From Podarcis filfolensis (Eukaryota), in NCBI GenBank assembly GCA_964270895.1, contig OZ185440.1: a stretch of DNA of 64,000 bases; one strand, written 5' to 3'. The notes below the pieces were generated by a model. It was given only the letters and a program-made list of their open reading frames with translations. It was not told where the DNA came from and did no database searches. Positions 1 to 14,899 of this stretch are shown here, one piece after another. Numbering within the stretch: position 1 is the first letter of the stretch; each line of letters begins with the position of its first letter. Position numbers and translations under genes: made by a program.

Positions 1-121
1 CTCTGTTTCAGCTTAAATAAGAATAATGTCAAGTCTACTACAGATTCTGTTCTGTGTAGTGAAACAAATTGGTATAGCGTCCTAGTTAATATTTTTATTA
101 TTGCATTTATTTTAGGTAAAG

Positions 122-3100
122 ATGTCTTCTGAGGCCAACTATGCTTTGCTTCATACTGGGCAAAAGCTGCCTCTTGTTGGATTGGGTACTTGGAAGAGTG
201 ACGCTGGACAGGTAAGCCGTGAATTTAGTGTTTGAGAGAGGGGAATTCTAGAACTCTATGCTAAAACCATTGATTCTTTTTCTTTTTCTTTTAATCTGTG
301 GCTGCATAGAAAGGTGAGGTTGCATGACCAGAAGCTACTGTATGTACTCTGTGCAGATAGAACATTTTTCGATTTCTTAATTGTGATTAAATGACTGGGA
401 GTTTTCCTCAGACATATGCATGTTGTGTTAGGAGCAAGGTGTAATAGAGAAGAGCACAATTACTTTTCTGGCATTTAAGCATGATACTGAATAAATGTGT
501 TCATCCAAGAGCAGCAGTCATGAAGAATAGAGATTGTGCATGGATAGCATTAACCTACTTGTTGCACATCCCCCTTCTCTCTTCATTTGCCTTCCTCTTT
601 TTGATATGAAAGTACAAATGGATATTGAACTGAAATGGCTATCCTGAATGTAGATATAGCAATGCATGTTCTGATTTAGCTGGACAGGGGTAGAGATGTT
701 GGATGGGTTTGGCGTAGTGGCCACTTGAGTCTGAGTCCATGTGCAATAGTGGCATGACTTAGTGATTCACTTTCATCTAGCAGTGAGAGATGTGCTGCTG
801 AGGTTCACCACAGAAGAGTCCAGAAGTCAAATTCTACCTCAGCCACAGACCTGCAGAGCGTTTCTGGAAATTGTAGCTCTGTGGGAGGTAAATTACAGTT
901 CCCAGAATTCTCTGGGGGAAGCCATGTGGTATGAATGTGACCTTAATTCACATCTTTGCTTGTCCATTTGAACATAGGTTGGAACTGTCTCTGCCTCTGA
1001 ATTCTCTTGCACCATCTTTTATTCATTATACTGATTGATTTTGCACATTCCAAAAGCAAGATAAAGAAGGAGGAAGAACACCCACTTTGCATAAATTTTA
1101 TAGGTCCTATTAAACAGCCAGTCTCCACTTCACTGAAGTGCCATTTGCTGGCTCTGCTTTTTCAGTGCAGTTATAGATTCTTACAACTTAGTGGGGTCCA
1201 ATATTCCTTTGAAGGGAGACCAGTCATGTTACTAGTCACAATTAATTTAATTAGTCTCTTTTTCAGTCTGTTTGTCTCATTCTCTGTCTGACCCAGCCTT
1301 GGTGGGAGGACACTTTTCTTCCCTCAACTTGGAAGAAAAATAGTTAGGAGGAGTGGGAAATAAGGATTTATCAGGAACCAACAAGCAGGGAGTACATATT
1401 CTTTATTTTGCCTTCCTGTAACTAATAGAGTAGCTTCAACATGGATTCTGAGGAGAGACTAATTTCCAGTCACAAGGCATGAAGCTTTGCATTCACTTTC
1501 TCCTTTGCACAAAAAAAGGGAGCCAGCTGAAGGAAACTTAGTCAGAATGAGATTAAACAGTCTTTGGTATTTTAAATGTGTTTGTGGGAAGGGAGGGGGC
1601 TACTGGTTTGTTCTCTGTATTTTGTGTTCTCATTTTGTACATTTTTGTTGTGAACCACACTGTGATCTTCAGATGATGGGCAGTATACAAATTTAATTAA
1701 TAATGATAATTATAATAATATCTTCAGGCACTGATAATGGAGGTGACATTTTTGCATAATGTGTTTTTAAATGTTTAAAATCTAAATAATGATTTATTGA
1801 TAATTGCTGGCAGCCAAAACTGGTTCTCCTGCTCTTAATCACATTGCAACTGCAGTGCTTATTAGGTGGAGACAGAACAACCAATTTAAACAACATGTTT
1901 TAAAGCTTTATTTGTCTTTATTTTACTTTATAAAATGAAATGTATATACAACTTGATTGTTAAACAAAATGAAAGCCTCAAAGCAGTTTACAAAGTTTTA
2001 AAGGCATCTGCAAGTTTCATCTTCGGTAGAATTGCTCTCATTTGGTAGTGTACCACATTTAATTTTTCTATAGTGATGACAACGCCTTGTGTAACCTGAA
2101 GTGTGTTGCAAGAATTTAATAAGCTGAATTTCCATTCACAGTGTATTTATCGCAATGTCTCCACTTTCTGAATAGCCTTGGCATGATTCATTTTATGGTC
2201 ACCATTACTAGAGGAAAGAAAAATCTTGCAGCTGGTGTTAAAGTGAGGGAAACAGAATTATTTTATCATTGTGACTAAGGGAAACTGATTTCTAATTAAT
2301 GTGGCTTTTTAGAACATCAAAGCATTTGTGACACACTTTATCCATTGCTCAGGCTTCCAATAAGCAAAAGGAAATTAAATCTAAGAGGCATCAGAGGCTC
2401 TGATCTTTTTCTTTTTTAAAAAACCCTAGCAAAAACCTAAAACTAAAGGCTCTTATCATCCTTTTGTGAATATTGTTTCATCTCCTTTCAAACAAAAAAT
2501 GCAGGAGCTTTTATCAGATGAAACATCGTCTTGGTATATTATTTATTCTATTATTGCCACGGAAACCTTTGCTAAATGTTGTTTGTTCTTCTCATTGGAG
2601 AACTGGATAAAAACATTGCTTAAAAAAATAAAATAGGCATAGTTCCGGTGGGTGGAGGACAGGGAGAGAATGAGAGAAAATGTATTGACCTTGCTGAGAA
2701 TCACTTACATACACATTATCTCTTTGTGGATGTGCAACCAGACAATGTGACTTGTGGTAGTATGTGTATGGTGTTCACTGTTAAATGATGTCAGTGCTCA
2801 AGGTGGCATACATGATTCTTCCCTCCTCATTTATTCCCCACAACACAGTGAGGTAGGTTGGGCAAAGAGGTAGTGACTGGCTCAGGGTCACCCAGTAAAG
2901 CTTCATGGCCAAGTGAAGACTTGAACCTTGGTCTCCCAGGTTCTAGTCTGACATTCTAACCACCCCTACACTACATTGCTATTTGGCATAAATCACCTTA
3001 AAGTGTAAAGGGAAAAGGATAAAAAAGTGCAAATCTCTCATTTTATAAAATTATAAAACTTTCTCCAAGATGTATAGGCCTTTTGTCATAAGTTCTTGTA

Positions 3101-6100
3101 GATTTGGAATGGCACCGTCGGCTAAAATGAAGCAGATGTCTCCACATTCTTATTCAACAATCTCCCTATTTTTCTTACAGGTAAAGGAGGCAGTAAAATA
3201 TGCCCTTAGTGCTGGCTATCACCACATTGACTGTGCTCCGGCTTACAGCAATGAAGGAGAGATAGGTGATGCTCTCCAAGAGATGGTTGGAAATGACAAG
3301 GTAAAAAAAAGGAGCGAGAATATTGCTGCTGCGAAAAGGCTGGGTGGGTGGAAGTTTCATGTTTATTTCAGATTGGCTCTGCTTTCAAAGTGTAATTACA
3401 TCTCCATATAAACCTACCAAGATGGCAATCAGCTATTGTTCCTGCTGCCTGCTGTGTGTTAGTGGGCTCTGTTGCTTTGACATTCTGCCTATCCCTTTGC
3501 TAAATGTCCTTTTGCTGCAAAAAAAATTCACAGGGCACATTAATAATATGTCTGTGTTGTTCTGTTGACTCTGGAAATGAAGCTTCCTTAGCATAATAGC
3601 ACAGAAGGCACACACAAAAATCTAATCAAGGGATGAGAAACTTCTTGAGCACTGAAAAGATTCCCTTCCCCATTCTTTCTAAAAGGCCATTAAGAGGGAA
3701 GAACTGTTTGTGACTTCCAAGTTATGGAACACCAAGCACCACCCAGAAGATGTGGAGCCAGCTCTAAAGAAGACCCTGGAAGATCTAAAACTGGAGTACC
3801 TGGACCTCTACCTCATGCACTGGCCACACGCCTTCGAGTGAGTGTCCGTAGGAAGGAAATGTGGAACATGAAACCACAGCAGCACTTAGAGGGTATGGGA
3901 GGGTCAGATACCTTTCACCATCTGCACAGATAGGAATTTGTTGTCACAGAATGATGAGCCAGCCCTGTTGCCCCTTCTGTTCCTCAGGTTTACAGCAAAC
4001 ACAGTTCGTTTTGTTTGCCTTCACTGTTGAGGGTTTGAGATTCTTCTTTCTTTTTCAAAAGGGAAAAAAAGGAGGAAACAAAAGCCTAATGAATGAAAAC
4101 GAATTCTTAAGAGGCCTATTGAAAAGAAACCTGTGGTCCTTCAGTTGTTGCTAGATGCTAACTCCCATCAACCCCAACCAACTAGTGAGGGATTGTGAGA
4201 TTTGTAGTCCAACCACAACTGGAGGACCATAGGTTCCCCACCCTGTTCTGTGCCAGCTTCTAGATTCTGTGCTGTTATAACCAAAGCTGTGGATTTATAG
4301 GAGTTACTTTTCCAAGGCCTAAGATCATAACTCAATTTATACGGCCATAAATTTATATGGGTTGGTTTGTAGTTAACAATTAGTTAACAATTAATATCAT
4401 ATCAACTACTTGACCACATTGTAAGTGGGAAAGGAGAAGAGCTGGATCTGGATCTGGGTCATATGACATGGATTTTAGCAGTGCTTCTACTGAGTTGAAC
4501 TTCAATAGACTTAAGATTGTGCTAGTTATCTGTGTGCTCTGCATATTTTTTATAATAGGCGGGGGGACAACCTCTTCCCCAAGAATCCTGATGGCACAAT
4601 GCGCTATGACTACATTGACTACAAAGAAACTTGGAAGGCGATGGAGAAGCTAGTGGAAAAGGGTCTGGTGAAAGCCATTGGGTTATCAAACTTCAATAGC
4701 CGTCAAATTGATGATATCCTTGGCATAGCTTCTGTAAAGCCGGCTGTGCTACAGGTAAGGCAGATGCAGAAAAAGAGGGAGCAGGTTACTTTCTGAGATG
4801 GTTTTCTTGGCAGGAGAGAGAAGGTGGGCCATAAGGATGGATGCTTCTGTTTCTGTTGGGCATGGGGTGGCTATGCTGTGGAACTGCCCCTGCAGAATGG
4901 AACGTCCCGTACAAAAAATCCCGCTTGACTCTTCTAAGAAAGGTTCAAGTAGTTGGGACTTGCAGTTTTTACTTAAAGTGACTGTTTACTCTTAAGGGTT
5001 GGTTTCCTTTTAATATGAGAAATGCGATCAAAATAGCCCAGCTTTCCCACTCTTACGTTATCAAGATTTCTCTTTCCTTTGGTGGTTTTGTTTTTAGCTT
5101 TGTCCATGCTGTTTGAGGCTGTTATTTTGAAGAAGCAGTACTAGAGTAAGAGGTTTGACTCTTCCTCCTCCCTAATTTAAATTGGGCCCCCAACATATTG
5201 TATTCTCCTTGGCAGAAAATGAGGAGTGGAGGGAGACGTGATGCATTTATAGTGAATCTCTTGACAAAAAGATGTGATCATTTGAGTGAATGGGTACTTC
5301 AGACTCACTTGAGCCATTAGTTATCTTTAAACTTATTTTTCATAGCATACTATTGGTTCTGGTACCCAGTTTGAGAATTAACTGTGATAGATCCTGGTGA
5401 GTGCTATCAACGATTTGCTAAAACATGTGATCAATAACCAGAATTCTTATGGCAAAGGAAAGGGTGGTGTAGTGCTGCAGACTCTTGAGTGGCTTGCATG
5501 ATCCTCTGCAACAGAGACATTTGTTTAAAAAAACCCTCTCTTAATAACGTTCTCCTTTCAACATTGATTTCAGCATGACACAACCGGTCTCACAGCATTC
5601 CTTACAGTATTTGCAAACGAGAGTCTGGTAATAGAAGGCATTTTGTAAAGCAATAGGGATCCTTAAGATCAGGTGTCTTGAGAAAGGAAGGGAAGCCAAA
5701 ACTTGATTGTTTCAGAAAAGATATACTTTTTTATACAAAAATTCTATAATGGCATAAATGGTTTTCCAAACTGTTATGCCTGGAGAGTGTGTTATCTGCA
5801 TGTCGTCTTAAAATAAGCAGGACTGCTGCAGAATAAACAGATTGCAGATTGTAGCTAGTATGTGTAGTAAAGGAAATGTTATCAGCCCCTGCAGGGTGGA
5901 GATAAAGAAATGGTCAGTGACTTGGGTTATTCTACTCCCAGTTAATCCAGCCCCAACCGTGATCAATCTTGCACTTCTGCTTGAGAATGTTTATGCCACA
6001 AGTGGGAGGGTTTCCTCTAAGAGCAGAAATTATGTGGCTTGTGAATGCCATACTTCTGTTTCTGCCTATATATGAACTGACCTGCACCTGCCTTTCCTGC

Positions 6101-9100
6101 TTCTGCAGTGCAGGGGGGTGTTCCCCCTCCCCACTTTTAGCAATCTTCTCATTACTATATACTGCTTTTTTAAATAGGTGGAATGTCACCCTTACCTTGC
6201 CCAGAATGAACTGATAGCTCACTGCCATCAGAAAGGGCTGGTGGTAACTGCTTACAGCCCTCTTGGTTCCCCTGACCGGATGTGGAAGCACCCAGATGAA
6301 CCTGTGTTGCTGGAAGAACCTGGGATAAAAAAGCTAGCTGAAAAATACAGCAAATCTCCTGCTCAGATTCTTCTCAGGTAATAGCAGGCTAGAATTTGGT
6401 AGAGGACATGGTGAGGACCTCCTGGAACAAATGGATCTTTTTGGTTTCTGTGTGAATTCACTATGAACTTTGTTTTAGCCCAAGGGGTGGGAAACCTCTG
6501 CTGTTGCCGCCCGCCCTGGGCAACTGTTGCAGGGCTACAACTCCTGTCTAACCAGCCAGCAAATTGAGCAGGTGGTCCAGAATGATGAGAGTTGTAGTCA
6601 AGCAACATCTGGAGAGTCCATAGGTTCCTCATCCTTGTTTTAGCCAAAATGGTCTGTTTAGCTGACTTTGGTTTCTAAATGGCAATAAAGCATTTTCAGC
6701 TGCCTCTCCCATTTCTTCAAAAGGCTGAAAGGTTATGGTGAGCGGTAGGCTCTAAGCGGATTCAATGCTCTTCAAGATAGAGTCAGATCCTTTTAAGAGA
6801 AGAGATACTGGAGGAAACAAAAGCTCCCCAAGCGAGAAAGGAGAACGTAATATCAGAGAATATGCTGGGATTTCTTGGCTATATTGCAAGCATTATCAAG
6901 GCCCAAGTGGGCTCAACTTTTCAAAAATAACCATTCATTTTGAGAATCCATTCTGAGGTTTTTCTGAAAGGAGCTGTTTTGGAGCTCTGTCTTGCTCCCC
7001 AACAACTGAGCTTTCCCAGAGCTTGGAGCTCTGTCTTCTTAAGATTATGCTGTGTCACACTCTGAGCCTCAAAGATGCCTTAGAAGGCATGAGAGGCCTG
7101 TAGAAACAAAGAGGATGGCAGCAGTGGCTGTGGCACATATTATTTTGCTATCTGGATCGACTGTTTTGGATTTTATTTAGACATTGTGGAGGAATCACAG
7201 ATTCTCCTTTTAACTCTGATAGATGGCAAGTACAGCGCAAAGTGGTCGTCATTCCCAAGAGCGTTACTCCTGCTCGCATACTCCAGAATCTCCAGGTGAG
7301 TGAGGCCTCCTGCCAGGCCTTTCAGAAACAGCACTGCCTTGGCTTGCAGTACTAAGGCTTCTGTTCTCCCTGTCTGTCCTTACTGACATTGTCTAAGTAA
7401 GGTGTGGTCCTACCATGTAGTAGTTTTATATAGCCAATGCATGCATATTTTCCAGTTCCAGTTCATTCTGTGCAGCAGCCACACGGTGCAGTGGTTGATC
7501 ACCTCTTTTTCTATTATATGTATCAGCAGAGGCTTATCTGGGTATCTGATTTTTAGAGACTGGAGCATACTAGTTTAGCACATCCAGTCTTTGTAATCTA
7601 CATGTTCAGTCTGCTGAAGCTGACCCTCAATTGTATGCATTCATTGCCATCTGTTTCCAGTGCCTCAAAGGGATTTTCCTTTCCAGCTTTGATTTAAGTG
7701 GCTGTATTCTCTTAAAGCCTCACTTCAAACAATTTTAATTGTGCATGTTCCTTTTGGATTTAAATGAGTTCACCATAATCTTTGATCTTTTCCTGCAGGG
7801 CTTTTCTCTATAGTCCAGTCAAAAATAAATCTCTGCCCTCCCCATTTTGAGAGCATTGCTGAAAAATTGCTCCGTAATTTTATCACTAAGCCGGAACATG
7901 GCTTTTCAAGTGCTATTAAAATGAAGTTCAGAATCATGTTGGCAATATTATAGTGTTTTCAGGGAGATCCTCCCAAATTCTTTGGATTGTGTGTGTTGGA
8001 GTGGAGTGACTAGGAAGTTCCACTCTCTAGGAAGACAGGAGGCAGGATTAAGATTACCTTCATTTCAAGGAAGACAGCAGGTTTTGCTTTTGCTTGAGAT
8101 TAAAAAACAAACAAACACACACACACAAAATTGCATGACAACTACCAAACAGTGACAGCAATTCCATCTCCTGCATAGCAAAGTTAGGCAGGGCAGGTAC
8201 TCTCTCAGAAGCAGATCATTTAACTTTCATTCCAACTTCACTACTGAATGAGAGGGCTTTGTGTTGGGCAACACTGGTTTTGCTGAAGAAGCCTATGAGC
8301 GTTCTTCCTGCTGCACCCCCCTTCACCACCACCCAGTCACCATTGCCTTCAGCTGGTGCTTAACTAGATTTGAGAAGCCTACAAATGAGAACTCCCTGAT
8401 GGAAGTCAGAACTTTTTTCATTGGTCATCTTTGTGTCTGAAGATTTGTGGAGGGTAGCCAAGCCTCATATCACTAAATAAGTCTTCCCTAGGGAATTTGA
8501 TTCTTAGGTCTAGCAACAAATTCAGGCTTCTGTTTTTGAGGAAGAAACTGCCCTCTGCCTCGAGGAAAGTAATAATAGCCTGTCCTGCCTTTTATTACAT
8601 GCTCAAGGGTTGTAGGGCAGGCTATTTGAAATTATTTAGCTTGTGAGCAGAGACGGTTTCCCTAGTGTCTGTTTTCCATTGCAAGTTGCTGTGCACAAAT
8701 GGTTCTCTGTCTCATTTCCAAAGGCTGGATCTGTTTTATAAATTCCATGCACAGTGGCCTTGCAAGGAAGCCCTTGCTTTTGGAGGAAATCATCCATCTT
8801 AATTCTGCCTCCTGTCAACCCAGAGGGAGTTACTTCCACCTAATCTCTGCTATTCAACTCCTTAAGGAGATTTGCTGATAACTGAGGAACAAAATTTGTT
8901 GCTTTTCCACTTAGTCTTTAGTAGAGGAGATGCAGAAAAGAAGCATACTTCATATACACCAGACATGCATAGCAGCTGAAAACATTTTATAGTGGATTAA
9001 AGCTGTTTTTTTAAAAAATAAGATAGCAGTAAGTAAAGAAAATGCTTATATGGTCCATCTTTTGCACAATGTAAGGTTAATGCTAACCTGCTCAATATAA

Positions 9101-11125
9101 GGAATGCACTGTGACTAGAAAGGCAGGGTAGAGAGGGTTGTGGATTAGTGTGAGTGAAAATCATATCTTAAATAATTCAATTTGAATTAGCCTGATCCTC
9201 TATTCCCTTTTACCTTTCCTCATCTATGAATAAACCCTTTATGAGACCCCACGTTTAAATTCTTCCCTGGTCTTCTTGCTGGCACTAGTAGGACCAACTT
9301 GGCCAGTTAGCCCTGGTGATAAATTGATGTCTACTGACTGTTTTTTTTCTTCTCCAAAATGACCCCTGAATTTTTGAATTTTATTGTTATTGATGCTGCA
9401 TTTTATGTTGTGTTTTATGCTGTTTTATGCTCCTTTTAAGTTGCATTTTAATCAATGTTTTATATTTTCTGTTAGCCTCCCTGAGCCCGGTTTTTAAACC
9501 AGGAAGGGCAGGGTATAAATAAAAAACTATTACTATTTAAAGTATCTGCTTCTGGTTTTAGGTGTTTGACTTCAACCTGACAGCGGAAGAGATGAGCTTT
9601 ATTGGGAGCCTGAATAAGAACTGGCGATATATTGTTCCAATGGTTACGGTAATGTTGCCTCTTTTCTCTAAGGCATTTTCACCATAATTGAGGCTTTGTA
9701 TCATTTGCCTCCCACGAGGGTGTTCAACACTCTAACCCTTCTTATTCATTTATCCCTTAGTAACTGGCATTCAAACAAAACAGCTGAAGTAGAACTTGGG
9801 GTAACCCATTGTGTAGATGACAAGCTATTTACTTAACATGATTACTTCTTGTGAATGCTATTGGCTAGCAAGCAGTGCATCATTTGAGTTAATTTTTAAA
9901 ACAGGTGTCAAATGTGTTGGTGTTTTTAGTTGTAAATTAGGCTTAAAATAATAAAATGAGAATTTCCTGGATGGCCTAGATCCAGGTTTGGGGCAAGTAC
10001 TCTTTGGTGAAAGAGCCCCAGAAAAGATTTAAAATCACAAAACGAGCAGTAAAGTGTCGGAATATAGGCTGTTAGATCTTTAAAATATCCCCTTCTAAGT
10101 TTCTTTCAAAGCTCCTACTTCCTCTTTGTGAAAGAGACCACATTTGGTAAACTGAAAATGGTTTACTTACAAATTCTTCAAAGGTCAGATTTATGCGCTT
10201 TTCCAAACAGCAGCAAGAAAAGTATCCCAGGTTGTCTGATGAGAGGGCTGGCCCTGGTAGCGGAGGATGTGTGATAAAGATACAGAGGATTTTCCTTCTG
10301 TGTAAAAATAGATCAGATATTTTTCCTTGCTAAGAGCAATGCATGAAGAGAATAAATTACTAATTTGTCCTTGGGAAGTTCTGTAGGTTTCATTTTGCTC
10401 CCTGCCCCCCCTTCTAATGCAATATTTAATGAACAAGCAATTTTTAAATTTGCATTTGTGATGGTACAAGCTGTATTGCCTGTGTTGCATGCCCCCTAGT
10501 GGCTCCTGAGATGAGGAAGAAAACTATTCTCTATCAACAGAACCTTATTGTACATTATCCAAGGGTTTCTATAAAAGCATCATGTTGCCCTCTTGTCACC
10601 CTTATTGGTTTTCCTTTTCTCTGCGCTCTGTGTGTGTGTATCCTTCAAAACATGTTCCATTTCCCCCAGTGTAATCGTATTCACACCTATAAACCATCTC
10701 ATTTTACCATATGCAAAATACGTTCAAAACTTTCTGTCATCTTCATTGGAGACTTGTCCGCATGCTCCCATGTTGCCAGTGTGTTTTATAAAAGGGCCTC
10801 AAATTGGGATCAATGCTGTTTCATTAGATTCATGGCTCATACTCAGCTCAGTAGGATTAATTCTAATTTTGCCTTGCTAGTATATCCAACATTCTATTAC
10901 TTTAAGTTGCAATTGCTATAGAAGATAGCTGCTCCTTTGGTCAGCTTCTATTAGCTATGACAGTTTCCCCACTGGTTATGCACATGCACCTGAAAGATAG
11001 CATTCATTTTCTAGAATAACTGTAACAATTGTACTTCCTTTTCACTTTATCTTCTACAGGTCGAGGGCAAACTTGTTGCAAGGGACGCTGGACACCCCCT
11101 CTATCCTTTCAATGATCCCTATTAA
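122..11125 (+). CDS. AKR1A1: Aldo-keto reductase family 1 member A1 (aldehyde reductase), 327 aa, 8 coding exons
   Basis: join(122..211,3181..3300,3686..3837,4559..4754,6178..6377,7223..7295,9562..9648,11060..11125) = 984 nt, all introns GT-AG and in phase. Protein starts [26 protein letters not shown] and contains [68 protein letters not shown], ending [12 protein letters not shown]. The catalytic tetrad D47/Y52/K82/H115 is intact. The 5' non-coding exon lies before the window. Confidence 0.97.
6481..6637. mobile_element. hAT-type palindromic MITE with perfect 8-bp TSD
   Basis: TIRs CAAGGGGTGGGAAACCT / AGGTTCCTCATCCTTG; TSD TTTTAGCC at 6473-6480 and 6638-6645; internal CTACAACTCC / GAGTTGTAG. 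Confidence 0.8.
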
Positions 11126-11271
11126 CTCCAGTAGTTTAGAAGACAGAAGACAGAATTTCACTCAAGACTGCCATGGGTTATTAGACTTAAAAAGACGGTT
11201 TCTGGGATTTTTGTGTATGTGGCCTTTATTTGTTTCTACATGTTTATAAAGAAATGAATGACAGGAATAGA

Positions 11272-11310
11272 AATAAATTGCAAGAGACATGTGTAAGCAT
11301 TAAAAATAAA
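11272..11310 (+). terminator. AKR1A1 polyadenylation signals
   Basis: AATAAA at 11272-11277 and 11305-11310, 150-180 nt after the stop codon. Confidence 0.7.
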
Positions 11311-12667
11311 TGCACAAGTTTGTAAGTCCCACCTTGGTCCAAAATTATGCTTATGCTATGACAAGCAGTGTTAGCCTGATTTAACACTGAATGTGCTCTA
11401 ATATCACAAGCCTGCTTACAGTGAACATAATTTGAAACAGAATTTGCTTGATACTGCTACTGCATTTAATGCTAGATGGAAATCGCTAACCCCATTGTGT
11501 ATTAACTAAACCATCTCCTCCAGCCGTGTATGAACTCTCAGGAGGATAGTTTAAAACAACCTTTTCACATTTTTCTGTCAGTCTTTTTCAAAATGCCCTC
11601 CCTTATTTACATATGTATACATGCATTTACTTTGTAATGGAAGACCTTCTTTAATTAATTTTATTTGATTTTAAATTGTTATTCTTTCCCATAAAGAAGA
11701 GAACAAAAAAGAAACCAGAAAGGGAGAGGGAAAAGTAGAGAAAGGGGTACACATAATCTTAATCATCACTAGAATCCTGTAACAGGTCAGACCTTATAGT
11801 GACCCATCATGCAAACAGGTCTATTATGGAGTCCAAATGTCTGAGGACTTGCTAGTCTGTCTCCTATGAAGAGCCACTTCCTCATAAGAGCTACTGTAAA
11901 CCGATCTTCTGAACATTGTACTATTGATGGGATTGAAAATTATTTTTAGTGTTGAAATACCAGCTGTTTTGCTGCCGAAGTGGTGCTCAGGATTTAGCTA
12001 TGCAGTCCTTCAGTGAAGTGCCGCACCATGGAGAAGTAATTTAGCTAAATGTCTACATCCATGAAATTCAGATTTTTATTTATTTTTTATTTTACAAAAG
12101 GGAGCACAGTCACCCACTCCCTTTCATATTCTCTAGCTCCCTGTTCCCCTCCTCCCTCAACTTACAAAAATCCAACTCAGTGTTATTCAGGATGTCCTTG
12201 TATAGAAAAATTGTATTTTATGTGCGGGGCTGAAACAATCAAATCCTCAGGTATTCCTGGTGACTTTGATACACTAAGAACATTATGTCCAAACATGTGC
12301 ACAGGTATCTTATACTGGAGTTGAAGGGGTACTAGTGTTTTTAAGGTAACTTTCGGATTGCTGCAGTAGGTTAAAGCGTTTTGAATTAAAAGCAGACATA
12401 TATTGCATCTTCAGGGATCCAGATCCAAAATACAAGCAACAGTTTTGTTATTAGTATTTTTCTTAGTAAAATTGTCAGCTGTCTGGGTATATTGATATAA
12501 TGATTCCCTTGGGTGGGGTCTTAAGATACCTTGTCTGAAAACCTATATTGTCTTTTTGGTAAATATATTCAGTTTTGTATATGCTAGCAAGTGTGTATAT
12601 GTCTGAAATTATTCCCAAGGAAGATTCACCTAAGTTTGCAATATGCTGCAGCTAATGCACTCTTTGA

Positions 12668-12943
<276 letters not shown>

Positions 12944-14899
12944 TGAGATTACATTTTCCCATGTCACTGGTGCCAACGTGCACCACAACCACTGTCTCCT
13001 CCATGGCTAACATCTACAACCTTTGCATTAGGCAGGCAATTTACCTTATCTAATGAATGAAGTTAATTATTCAGCCTATGAAAGTAAAGACCCAGCAGGA
13101 TGACATTTGGGTAGGTAGAAGCTTTTAGCAGGGAGCTAATAACAAGAGAGGAGCAGCAGCTGTTGATAACAGAATAGTGATGAGGTTCTTAGCTGCATAA
13201 TCAATGTCAATGTCTACTCATTTAAAAACCTTCTTCATCACTAGTTGTTTTTAAATGAGACTCAGCTTTAAAAAAAAATACTCTTAACTGAAAAAGTATA
13301 TTGAAGTTCATACCACAGATGACAATACAACAGGTAACATAAAGTTTCAGATTGGTGGGTGGTTCACAGAAGCCTTACAGCCAACAGTCAAGCACACACA
13401 AGACTTAATTTATGTAAGAAGATGTGGAAACAAACTACAGACCAAACTTTACTTCAACTGTAATCTTTAGAGAACTTTGCATTAATACTGATTAGGTCAG
13501 TATCTTTTGACTGGGAATTATTGCTGCCTAAAAGACATTGCTGTTATTACTAGTGCAGTTTCCCTTATTTTTGCTAGGTGGCCAGATACAAGATAAGGCT
13601 CCTGCACCCTTAATAGTTGTGTAGAAGAATTTTCAGCAGGTGTAAGCTTGTGTCTGCTAAAATTCCACCCTACACAACTATTAAGGGTGCAGAATCCTGT
13701 CCTGTTTTTAACCCAGTTATTAGTAATATACGCTCTCAAGAGGTGTTAACTGTTCTCTAACTAGAGACAACTTCTAGTAGTATTGTTAGTAGGATTTTGT
13801 TCTATGTTAGCAGTTTGTGTTTACTCCCATAAGGCGACAATTTGTGCACACTTACAGCAGAGTCCTGTGCAGTTAGGTGTGCCTGAGACCACTGAAATAA
13901 ACATGTTTAGGCATGCTTAACTTTGCATAGGGAGATTGTGGACCTTGGAAGAAAGCCTAATGAACACAATAGGCTATTCTTACAAGGCTGGTACTGAACC
14001 AGAAAAAATGTTACAGCGTTTGACGTTTTGTCAGTTTCTTGGTCTTAATTAGCTACTGGCATGCACCAGTAAGGTTAATTTCTAATGCTGCAATCCTAAA
14101 CATACTTGTTAGGGAGACTACATAGCCTGCACATGTTCAGATACAATCTTTTATCAATAGCAACGTTATTGAGAGCTAGTGATGCAGCAGGTAAGTATTG
14201 CTCAGCCAGCTTAGCCAATTGTCAAGGAGGATGGGAATTGTAGCCTGGGAACCAAGGCTTGAAAAATAAGAGAACCGCAGATAAATAGGTCCCAAATCCT
14301 CACAAAGCTACGAAGCTTAATCTTTGGGTCAATCACTTTCTAAGCGCAGTCTGCTGGGCTTGAAATATGACATATCCAGTATGCACACATCTCAGTAGGG
14401 AAGACCTGGGTAGGTATTATCCTATGTGCGTTGTTTCCTCCACTCGCAGTGCTTTATTTTTTCCTAGCCTGAGCGAATGGTTTCCATTTCCCTCTAAGCC
14501 GAAGACTGCGAGGTGCACTTGGGGACACCACTGCATTGCCAGGCTAACCCTGCCCTCTGCCGGTAGAGACCCCGGCGTCAGAGATGAGGGTCAGGTGAGT
14601 CGCGCCACTTCCACCCGCTCCCGGTCACACACTTTACTTTGATGCACGGAACTCTGTGGGATCGGGAGCTGCCCTGTGTTGTGTTCATTCGTCACACCTG
14701 AAGCATGCGTGGTGTGATCCAGGACCTTGGTTTTTAAAGATACATAAACACAAATGGTCTTATAAAAAACGCTGGAGGAAGGGGGTTGCCCAGCAGACAC
14801 TAGATGATCCGTGTCAAAGCAGTTAAAGAGGTCAGAGGGTTAAGACAGTTTCTGACTCTTGTCTTTAGCTGCCCGCAGAGCTAATAGGTCTCTGAATGG

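Noticed and set aside
10499-10921. 140-aa ORF in the last AKR1A1 intron
   Set aside because: Non-ATG start, no motifs, and the AKR1A1 frame is complete without it.
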